A DNA stretch of 64,000 nucleotides, taken from Octopus bimaculoides (lineage: Eukaryota). The DNA lies in NCBI RefSeq assembly GCF_001194135.2, contig NC_068982.1, positions 48,211,228 to 48,275,227 of the forward strand, given 5' to 3'. Below the pieces are notes generated by a model. It was not told the DNA's origin and ran no database searches. It saw only the letters and a program-made list of their open reading frames with translations. Position numbers and translations under genes: made by a program. Below, piece by piece: positions 41,401 through 53,700 of this stretch (positions are counted from its first letter, which is position 1; the number at the start of each line of letters is the position of its first letter).

Positions 41401-44400
41401 ACAGAATTGAGTTCTCTCTCTCTGCTTCTCTTTGGAGCCTTAGAACTCATAAGGTGGGTTACCTGGTTTCCCTGCAGTATATATAAGTAAACAAGATCAT
41501 AACACTACCTCTACTGAACAGGATACCAGTCTACTGCAGAGTTAACTCCCCAACTATCTATTTTATTAGAACTCATTTAAAGCTGAGAGAACTGAAGCAA
41601 AACATGAAATGAAGTGTTCTGCTCAAGAACATAATGCAACGCCCAATGCCAGAGTCAAAACCATGATATTATGATCCTCAGTGCAACACTCTAACTACTA
41701 GGGCATGCACCTTCACACAAAATCGAGTTGCCACCAGTTAATTTCCAACATACTCAGCAAAGCTACTTTATAGACAGTTACCAGGATTCTGTGCTCTTTA
41801 GAGGTAATATTTATCTTCCCACTTACAAGTAGATGTTCTGTTAGAACAAACTATACTGCAGTAGATACCATGAGAGAAACTCTCATATTGGCTTTTGGTG
41901 CAAAATGCACTATTGTTTACATCACTAGCAGGGAGATAAATCCCTGCCACCTCCAACACAGAGACCATCAGGTCTTAGCCATCGTTGAAGATCAAGCACT
42001 TAGCATTGACAAAGTCAAGGAAGGTCGAAATCACATGAGGTGGCAAGGATTTATCTCCCTACTGGTAATATATACAAGCATGTAATATGCACCAAAAACC
42101 TATTTGAGAGTTTTTCTTATGGTATCTACTGCAGTATAGTTTGTTCTAATGGAACATCTACATTTAAGTGAGGATAAATATTACCTCTTGGTGTTAATAG
42201 TGCTAATTGCTAATATACATTTCTGTTACTATCATTATGATTTTGCATTATAGTTATTGCAGTTCCAGATATCAACACTTTAATGTTGTCTGTCACCAGA
42301 TTCTGGGATGAACACTAAGCTGGTGTTGAAGCCTAATCAAACAGATCTGTGATAAAATGCTTTTAAGCTATGATGATCTAGTGCTATAGGAATAGAACTA
42401 CTTTATCTAATAGGTGCTTATTTATTAACCTTTCAACTTTAAAATTAAATATCATGGTTATTCCAATAATAATATTAAATATCTACCAAAAATTAGAAAT
42501 GATATGTTCTGCAAAGTCATATTGCCTCAATAAACTTGTCATGTCTCACAAAAGAAGAAAAAGGAACAAAACATGACATCCTTCAACAAAAGATAGATTG
42601 GTATATAAAACTGTATTCTGCAGTTAAGGGCAATCAAATTTTGATTGGATATATTTGATTTCAATAGTAAGCAGGTTAAAATAGTAGGGTATGACTTGAG
42701 AGAGATGTTCCTGATATTTCTAGCAAGCCATGTAATTAAACAGAAACTCTCTTGTTGCATGGAACAGGTTACTCAATGACAAATTTCTCTGAATTGCTCT
42801 TGTGAGCTATCTGTCAACTCTCAACTTTCTGACTATCTATGGTTGTAGAATCTTTGTTTAGTCAAGATATGCAAAGTAAATTTTATTTGTCCTTGACAAT
42901 GAACCTTTCTCAATCAGTGAACAAGAGAGTCTTTACTTTGTTGCTCTTCCTGCTAGAAGTGGAAACCAGATATCCCTTAACTTGTATCCTGTTGTTTTAA
43001 AAAGGGAAGATACATTGGATAATGTCCCAAATATACATGAACCAGGTCTGTTGGATCAGGGCTAAGCGAGGGTTAAACACTAACAAGTCAAACTACATTT
43101 CATTAATCCTAAACTTGTTTTGTACTGGACTTTGCTATGACATTCTCTACCATGTTCATGACGCCTCATTCTCTAGTGCATATCCATTACAGACATAACA
43201 ATTAAGATAACACTTTCCTGTAAGAAAATTACTTTCTTATATGTATTGTAATTTGTCACCACAGTGTTTTTATTGAAACTGTCAGTTCATCCTTCCATTT
43301 CCTTTCTCTATGACTGACATTCTTACTTATGATAGTAGTGGCACAACTATCTCTCTCTCTCTCTTTTGCTCTCCTTAATAGTTTAGTCTCTTTCTTTTTT
43401 TCTTTTATACATGTATTCATACCTAAGGAGTCATGACTTCTAGTTTGTCTAATGCATTATCCTAAGTGGAAACTCTTCATTATCAGGACATGTTTGATCA
43501 ACTGAATTCAATTTTATTACACAATACAAAGTACTTATCGCTTCCATTATTTATTTGAATCTTGGTTTCCAAGATAATTTCTATGTAAGCAACACCAAGA
43601 AAATTCTCTTCACATCTTCATCATATTTACCATTTATATTTAAGCAATAAGTTAACAGAATCCTTTCCTATTAAACCTGTGATTCAATTCTTTTGTGTGA
43701 GGATGAATCTAACTTTAAACCAAACCTGGCAGAATACCAAACTACTTGAGAATTTCCAAGCATTATGAAAAAGCAAAATAATGATAGATTATAAGTGTTG
43801 CTCTTGCCCCCACCCCATGCTTGTTGAATCTATATTTCTGTGTTAACCCTTCAGTACTTAAACTGGCCATATCCAGCCCAAATATTCTACCTGTTTTACA
43901 TTCAAACTAGCCTCTCACACCTAACCTGTACTAACATTCTAAAAACAAACAATCACATCAGCAAAACCTCCAAGCTACAAGAAAAAACCATGATTAATTC
44001 AAAGCAATTTGAATAAAAAAAAAAGCATTATATTTAACAAATTAATGTGAGTACTAAAGGGTTAAACTAGCCATATCTGGCTCAAATATTCTGTTTTATG
44101 TTCAAACTGGCTAGATTTGGCCTCTCACACCTATCCTACAATGTCATTCTAAAAATAGACAATCACATCGTTGAAATCTCAAAGCTACAAGATAATGCAT
44201 GATTAATTCAACACAATGTGAATAAATAAATGTTAGTGTCGACAATGTAATCTGAATGCTGAAGGGTTAAATGCATGATTTTAGACCAGTCTATTCTATG
44301 AATAATAAAACAACTCAAAACAACTTTCAACAACTTCTGTGTTAGTTTCGAAAGTGATCTGGGAATCATTAATTTTCTCTAATTGATGAAATTTTCACCT

Positions 44401-45377
44401 TTCTTTTCTTTTATGATTATACATTTATCATTGTGGAAAATACAGGAACTGGCTAGAATTTGAGCTGTTTATTGAAAACCAACATCTCTTTTGAAATCAT
44501 TCGATTTCTACAGAAAACGATTTTTATTTATTTATTTATTTTTATTCATTTTTGTTTTTTTGTTTCTGATTCTGTTATTGAATACGACAACAAGTTGATG
44601 CTCACCTGCAGTGTACAACTAGAGGGGCTAATTTGTTCTCGTTGTTAAGTCTGACATCAAGGATAAATTTTAAAAATGAAATAGGCTCTGGAAACCCTTG
44701 TGCTGGCCATGAGGTATACCAATAGTGTTTCAATTTACGGACTAGATTGTTCTGTAAAATAAAAAAGAAAAAAACAGAAAATATTTACAATGATGCTCCT
44801 TTTATGGTTTTACAAAGATATTTCTTGAACGTTAGCAGAAATAGAGAGGTTTAATACAAACTTGTACATTTGACAATGTCATTGGATATCCCATAATCTC
44901 TTACCTCGTAAATTCTATTCAAAATATTTACATAACAATTGTTGTTATTGGTATATTTGAACTAGTGTCCTCATTTAGGTTGTTATAGCTACAATGTTTC
45001 AAAACTGAACTCTGTACTAAATCCACAGCAGTTAGATTATTCTTATTTCATTGATCATACCAGGGATTTGTAATACTGATTTCAAATTTTGGCACAAGGC
45101 CAGTAGTTTCAAGGATGGTGGTAAGTCAATTACATTGACCCTAGTGCATAGCTGGTACTTATTTTATTGACACTGAAAGGATGAAAGGCAAAGTCAACTT
45201 TGGCAGAATTTGAACTCAGAATGTGGAGATGGATGAAATGTTGCTCGCTGCATTTTGCCAGCTTGCTGCATTAGGAATTTGTAACACTACTTATTCTCCT
45301 ATTTGTGGTGCCATCTTCTTGAACCAGTGAATATATGACTATCATGTAATGTCAAGACAAAAACAAAAACACAAAAT

Positions 45378-45422
<45 letters not shown>

Positions 45423-47274
45423 CACACACGTATTTGATTTAATGAATAGGAATGGCTCTTAACATTTTTTTTTCCACTTCAATAATTGAATGTATATAAA
45501 TCTTTAAGTGTTTACTAAGGGCTTCTTTTAGTTTCCATTTACTCACAAGCCTTTGGCTAGTCTGGGGCAATTGAAAAAGACACTTACTTAAGGTGCCACA
45601 CAATGGATCTGAACCCACAACCATGTGGTTGGGAAGCAAGCTTCTTAATGCACATAGCTGCATCCAAACCTCAAAGTCATAGTGTTGTTTTCTTTTCTTT
45701 TACTTGTTTTTGTCATTAGACTGTGGCCATACTGGGGCACTGCCTTGGAGAATTTTTAGTTGAATGAATTAACACCCTAATGCTTATATTTTTTTAAAGC
45801 CTGATATTATACTCTATCGGTGTCTTTTGCTGAACTGCTAAGTTAAAGGGACATAACCATATCAACACCAGCTGCCAAGTGGTGGTGGGCAAGCACAAAC
45901 AGAAATACACACAGGCATATATCTATCTACACTCACACACACACACACACATTACGATGAGCTTCTTTCAGTTTCTGTCTACCAATCCACTTACGAGGCT
46001 TTGGTCAACCTGTGGTGTAGTAGAAGACACCACTTGCTCATGGTGCCATGCAGTGGGACTGAACCCAGATCCATGTGGATGGAAAGCAAACTTTTTACCA
46101 CACAGTCATGCCCGCACCTGTTAAAAGAAATTTAGAAGGAACCAGAAATCTATTTTGCTTTGCTTAGAATTTAATTGAATGTATTCTGATTGTAGCAGGT
46201 GAAAACGTTTCCATTGGTTCAAAAAGATAATTTTGAACATAGTTTCATTTAAACTAATGGAGACTTTTGTTACAGAGGTTTATTGCGCACATTCCATTTT
46301 GTACTCATTGTTTCAATACATGTTCTTTATACTAACAATGTAATTCAAAGATACCTCAAAGTCACTCGATTCAAACAGACATGCCTCATTGCAACTAGAA
46401 TTGGAATGATGGCCCTTTTGAACATGTTTAAAGCTTAATTAAACTGAAGTTTTGCTGTCTTACCAAACAGCAAGTAATTTATGTTGAGTTTGTATTGAAT
46501 GACAATGCAGTGAATGCACTTTGCTTCAAGTTGACTGATTACACATTTGTTAGCTAACAGTCGTTAGCTTATCTTAATGTATTGCAAAGGTAGCAAAGAA
46601 TGCATAGTGAGAATATTAGCTGATGATATTCTTCATTTACTTCTTTTACTTTTCCTTTTTATTTGTTAGTCATTGGATTGTGGCCATGCTGGGGCACTAC
46701 CTTGATGGGTTTCAGCCAAACAAATCAATCCCAGTACTTAAGTCTGGTACTTATTCTATCGATCTCTTTTACCGAACCAATAATTTACAGGGATGTAAAT
46801 AAACCAACACTGATTGTCAAGCAGTGATGAGGGACAAACAGAAATATCACACACACTAGCTCAACGAGCTAGGTTTCTGTGACAAATCTGTGAAACTTTA
46901 AGCTACATGGAAGCAAATCAAACTGTTTTAAATAATATATGTAATTCATACTACGAGTGTTGAGTACCCTTCATTTGTCCACTCACTCATATATATATAT
47001 ATATATATATGTATATACTGCCACGCCAGTGATATGCTGTACTTGAGAAGACCTGTCAAGCCAAATAAAATTGTAGTTGTGGCTGATACCTGTATCATCT
47101 GACTAGCATGTAAAAAGCACCCGCTACACTCTTGGAGTGTTTGGCATTAGGAAGGGCAACTAGCTGTAGAAACCATGCCAAATCAAACTGGAACCTTGTG
47201 CAGCTCCCAAGCTTACCAGTTTTCAGTCAAACCGTCCATCCAATGCCAGCATGGAAAACGGGCGTATAATGATG

Positions 47275-47320
<46 letters not shown>

Positions 47321-47986
47321 CTGTGAAGAGAACCTGTGGGAGAGGCAAACTCAGAAAAACGTAGGATGAGGTGGTGAAATATGATCTTTAGATGTTGAGC
47401 TGCATGGAGGTGATGACAAGTGACCGGCAGTTTGCTGTGCTTGAGAAGGCACATCAAGCCAAGTGAAATCATTGTTGTAACCAGTGCCAGTGACATGTAA
47501 AAAGCACTCATGCTGGTGATATGTAAAAGACACCCAATACACTCAGTGGAGCAATTAGCATCAGGAAGGGCATCCAGCCATAGAAATCAAGCCAAAACAG
47601 ACTGGACCCTGGTGCAACTATCCGGCTTACCAGCTCTGTCAGCATGGAAGACACACTAACTGATGATGATGATGATGATATATATACATATATATATGAG
47701 GGTGCATGGCTTAGTGGTTAGGGTGTTGCACTCACAGTCTGGTGATCATCATTTCAATTCTAAGAGCTGCATTGTGTTCTTGAGCAAAACTCTTCATCCC
47801 ATGTTGCTCTGTAATCACTTCGACACCTGATGCATGGTATACTGTCCCCCTGTTTGGGCAGCATCAATTTGATGGAGGGAGTGAGATAATGGTACAGTAT
47901 AAACATTTGATCACTATAAAGAAATTATTTGTGCAGGTCAATTGGCAAAAGCTGAACACTCACTCACCGTCTTCAACAGGGAGAGT

Positions 47987-48051
<65 letters not shown>

Positions 48052-49235
48052 CAGGCTTCTACACAATTTCCATCTGCCAAATTTACTCGTATGGCATTGG
48101 TTGACCTGGGGCTTTAGCAGAAGACACTTGGTCAAATGGTTGGGAAGTAAATTTCTTAACCCCACACCAATACATGTGACCAATGTGGATATAGAGACTG
48201 GTTTCAAATTCTGGCACAAGGCCAGCTATTCCAGGGAATGGAATAAGTGAATTACATCGACCTCAGGTGCTCAACTGGTACTTATTTTATCAACTCGTAA
48301 AGATGAAAAGCAAAGTTAACTTCAAATGAATTTGAACTCAGACAGTAAAGACAGACGAATTACCTGTAAGCATTTTGCCCAGCATGCTAACAATTCTACC
48401 AGCTGTTTTGACAACTGGTGTTAATATGTTTATGTCCCTTTAACTTAGCAGTTCAGCAAAAGACACCGATAGAGTAAATATCAGGCTTAAAAAAATATAA
48501 GCATTGGGGTGTTAATTCATTCAACTAAAAATTCTCCAAGGCAGTGCCCCAGTATGGCCACAGTCTAATGATAGAAACAAGTAAAAGAAAAGAAAACAAC
48601 ACTATGGCTTTGAGATGTGGATGCAGCTATGTGCATTAAGAAGCTTGCTTCCCAACCACATGGTTGTGGGTTCAGACCCACTGTGTGGCACCTTAAGCAA
48701 GTATCTTTTTCAATTGCCCCAGACTAACCAAAGGCTTGTGAGCAAATGGAAACTAAAAGAAGCCCATAGTAAACACTTAAAGATTTATATACATTCAATT
48801 ATTGAAGTAGAAAAAATGTTAAGAAAAGCCATTCCATAGTGTAGATATAGATATTAAAAATATTTTATCTCAGTTAATAGTCAAAATTATAATCTTATTT
48901 TCTACCATACTTTTACAAATCTGAGAGCATGAGATTGTTTTTGACTCAATCATGCTCAGAAACATATATTCCTGTAACATAAAACTGCTCCAGATGGCAT
49001 GTGGCTAATGCTTATCTATAATAACATTATTTGAAATTGGTGGAGTTAGAGAAGCTCTGCCTTAATTGAAGATTATTGATTTAAAAATCTGAAAAAAATA
49101 GTACATATTTCCAACAACAAGTGTTTGAAATATTAGTTACAGCTGAGGAGTACAAGAACATCTGTTTCTGTCACAGTTTACATTACACAAATGGTAAATC
49201 CATCAGATCTCATACATCCATTATATATATATGTA

Positions 49236-49283
<48 letters not shown>

Positions 49284-49299
49284 NNNNNNNNNNTACATA

Positions 49300-49333
<34 letters not shown>

Positions 49334-50678
49334 CACACACACATACATACATATGTATACATACACATATATATATGTATACATACATATATATGTACAT
49401 ATATACATATATATATATGTATATGTATGTACACATATATATATGTATATGTATGTACATATATATATATGTATATGTATGTACATATATATATANNNNN
49501 NNNNNNNNNNNNNNNNNNNNNNNNNNNNNNNNNNNNNNNNNNNNNNNNNNNNNNNNNNNNNNNNNNNNNNNNNNNNNNNNNNNNNNNNNNNNNNNNNNNN
49601 NNNNNNNNNNNNNNNNNNNNNNNNNNNNNNNNNNNNNNNNNNNNNNNNNNNNNNNNNNNNNNNNNNNNNNNNNNNNNNNNNNNNNNNNNNNNNNNNNNNN
49701 NNNNNNNNNNNNNNNNNNNNNNNNNNNNNNNNNNNNNNNNNNNNNNNNNNNNNNNNNNNNNNNNNNNNNNNNNNNNNNNNNNNNNNNNNNNNNNNNNNNN
49801 NNNNNNNNNNNNNNNNNNNNNNNNNNNNNNNNNNNNNNNNNNNNNNNNNNNNNNNNNNNNNNNNNNNNNNNNNNNNNNNNNNNNNNNNNNNNNNNNNNNN
49901 NNNNNNNNNNNNNNNNNNNNNNNNNNNNNNNNNNNNNNNNNNNNNNNNNNNNNNNNNNNNNNNNNNNNNNNNNNNNNNNNNNNNNNNNNNNNNNNNNNNN
50001 NNNNNNNNNNNNNNNNNNNNNNNNNNNNNNNNNNNNNNNNNNNNNNNNNNNNNNNNNNNNNNNNNNNNNNNNNNNNNNNNNNNNNNNNNNNNNNNNNNNN
50101 NNNNNNNNNNNNNNNCACACATACAATTTCACTAAAATTTTTCTCCTATCATGCCTACATTAATCTTGTGATTTTTCTGTGGTTTAGAAGTATTTTGACT
50201 TTTATTTTTAGTGAAGCAGGTGCTTATGTAGTACCCTAGTATATTTAAATATATTTATTTATATATTTTATATATAAATTATTAATTTGTCAATACGGTT
50301 GTGTGCTTTAGACCACCAACAACATTATTTTTAGAAATAATATTGTTCTTATATTTATTTACAAATAATTTTACGCAATTCATTTGTTTCAATGGTGGTT
50401 GACCACTCAAATGAATTTACAGGCATGGTAGTGGTGAATCTTAGTAGCCATCCCAGCAGATTTGACTGGGGAGATTCAGGCGCTTTTGATGCTAGATTCA
50501 AAATCATGATATCAAATTAGCCAGCATTACTTTTGCATCCTTGGCGGAGGTAGAACACTATTCTTGTTCACCAAACATTTTTTCCTATCATGCCTGCATT
50601 AATTTTGTGGTCTTCTGTGGTTTAGAAGTATATATTCTGTGGTTTAGAAGTCTGGATGTCTATTTATTTATAGGTCAT

Positions 50679-50710
<32 letters not shown>

Positions 50711-53700
50711 GTACATATATATGACCTATAAATAAATACTACACGTAGAAATTAAATTTGGAATTGTTCAGACTGCTCACATTGGTGACAAATATATACA
50801 CAGTGACATAACAATGGGGAATGCAAAACTCCACTACCAACATTATATTATATTACAATTACTTCAGTGAAGGAAATTAAAAAAATATTAAAACTGGAAA
50901 GAAAAAAAAAAACAAAAAAAAATTGACCTGGAAATTTTGAAGAATCAAGATAATTCTACATGAAATAGCCAAATATTGTCCGAATACGAACTCCATATTT
51001 CACTATAATAGTACATTGTTAAATAAAAAAATAATCATAATTGTAATAAAATATTATAATGATAATATATATATGCACACATATATATTTACACACACAT
51101 ATAGGTACATGTATATATACACACACACATATATACCCATACATATCTACATGCATACATATATGGAGGTGTACACTCAAACATATGCATACATGTACAT
51201 GTAAACTCAGAGTATGTAATACTCCTACACCCATTAAACAATATACATAGAAGTATGTGTATATAGAAGTATCGACATCCAGACATAAATATGTATATAA
51301 ACAAGAACATATACATATACACACATGTGCATACATGCTCATCCAAATGCACATAGTTATCATGGTTACAGGCATGCAAATGTGTATGTGTGCATGTATA
51401 TGTAATGTCTCTGTGTGTGTGTACACACATACATGTGTGTGTGTGTTGAATTATTGAAACCTTTAGTATTATATTACATTTAATTATCTGTAGTAATATC
51501 AGTAGTAATTACAGCAGTTGTTCCATAAGCGATAGTAGTAGTAGTTGTTAATAACAGATAGAGTAAATAAAGTTGAAATATTGTTATTGCTGTATAAAGA
51601 AATGTGAGGTTAAAATTTTCTGTCAGAATTTAGTAAATTGAATCAGTATTCTAAGATCGGAATTTCAGACTTCTGTGAAGCATCAGAATTGCAGTAAACC
51701 ATTAATTAACCCTTTAGCATTTAAACTGGCCATATTCGGCCAAAATTTTCCATCTGTTTTATGTTCAAACTGACCAGATCCAGTCTCTGACACCCACTTT
51801 ACAATGTTATTCTAAAAATAAACAGTCACATCATTGAAATCTCAAAGCTACATGATAATGTATGATTAATTCAAACAAATGTGAATAATTAAACCTTATA
51901 TTTCACAGAGTAATCTGAATGTGAAACGGTTAATACATTAGCTCTGCATTTGCGCTCAAATTTTCCATGAAGGTTTTATTCCCAAAGGTGAAATGTATAA
52001 AATAAAGAAATCTGTATTGCAGAGATAGCTGGGAGTTACATATACAGTAAATCTATTTGATGTGAGTTGCTCTTTATTTCGTAATCGGAATTTGAAATGC
52101 AGTTAGTTTGTCTTCATATGAGGTCTTTTGTTTCAAGAATTTAGGATTAGAATCCTAGTTCCATCATTAAAGGAAAGGTTTTGTAGCTATATTAGTAGTT
52201 CATGCAGCTAAGTAACATTTTTAAGTTCAACAGTATCAAGTCATAAAAAAAAGTGCTACTCAACTGATTTTTATGAAATTACTTATTAACATACTCCAAA
52301 CTCTGACTCACAGATGTACTATTTCCTCTCTGCCTTTTATACTCTTTACTGATAATGCAGTGTTCTTTGGTCCTCAGAGCTGAACAGTCTCATGCTACCT
52401 CCATTCAGGTACTCCTATACATTTGTCTTTTTATTTTTCACTCATTGCTGATATCATGGCGCCTCTCTTCCCATACTAATTACTATATCCAGTTCCTTCT
52501 TCTTGGAACTCGACCCTATTAAATTCTGTCTCTGCCCATCTGTCTTAGGAACAACTCAGAAGTAATTAACTGCATCGAAATCAAAACTATCCAGATTTTA
52601 GTCTGGAACTGCCTGCAAAAGCCATGAGTATAGCCCCCCCATTCTTCCAGACAAAAATAAAACTATAAAAAATGTAATAATGAAAAGCATATTCTAAAAG
52701 CAACTTAGTTATGTCATGCTAGCTACTTTCTCACTTCTAGTCACTTGTGTTTTTACTCCATAAGCTAATAAAATAAATACTTGGTGTTTACTTCGATGGA
52801 TGGACAACTCCTACTCACCCCTACTAAACTATTCCTCTCAGTCAAGATAAATAATTATTATAACTGTTGCATAGAGCTAATTATAGCCTTTCTGCATTCC
52901 ATCACATTTTGATCTTATCTTATCAACCCTGAAAGATGAAAGGCACAGTTGACCTAGCATGTTAACAATTCTGCCAGCTTGCTGCCTTCATATAAGTTAT
53001 AATAATGAAGTCAAACCAAATAGTTATATTTTGACATCATTTAATATGTGTTTCATGTCTGTGTAATATATAAGAAATGCATCTGAAAGGTCTTACATAA
53101 TAGATGTATTTTCTGTTATATGTTACACAGATCTGAGACATGTATTAAATGAGTTCAAAATATCACTATCTGGTTTGAATTCATTGTTACAACTAATATG
53201 ACTCGATGCCAGTACAAACAAATCAGCCCAGACTCCACTTATGAGGATACTCTTACAAAGATTTGGAGAAGTTTGGTATATTTAACTTGAGTCAAAAATT
53301 CTGGTACCATGCACTGCTTAGTGTGGCACAAAACATATCTATATATCTCTTTCACTCTTTTATTTGTTTCAGTCATTTGACTGTAGCCATGCTGGAGCAT
53401 TGCCTTAGAGGGTTTTAGTCGAAGAAATCAATCCCAGGGCTTATACTTTGTAAGCCTAGTACTTATTCTATTGATCTCTTTTGCTGAACTGCTAGATTAG
53501 GGGACATAAACACACTGATATCAGTTTGTCAAGTGGTAGTGTGGAAGAGACTTGCCCAAGGTGCCTGCGGTGGGACTGAGCCCAGACCCATGTGGTTGGG
53601 AAGCAAGTGGGAAGACTAACACAGACACACACACATAAATACATACATACATATATGTAGGCTCGAAACGTAAAAGACTTTCTCACTGAGCCATGCGCCT

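Noticed and set aside
45439-48839. Two near-identical 74-aa ORFs that look like paralogous genes
   Set aside because: Explained by the inverted duplication of SINE-containing DNA
49121-50239. Long ORFs of 300-372 aa
   Set aside because: They are (TG)n/(TA)n microsatellite plus an N gap, with no coding content
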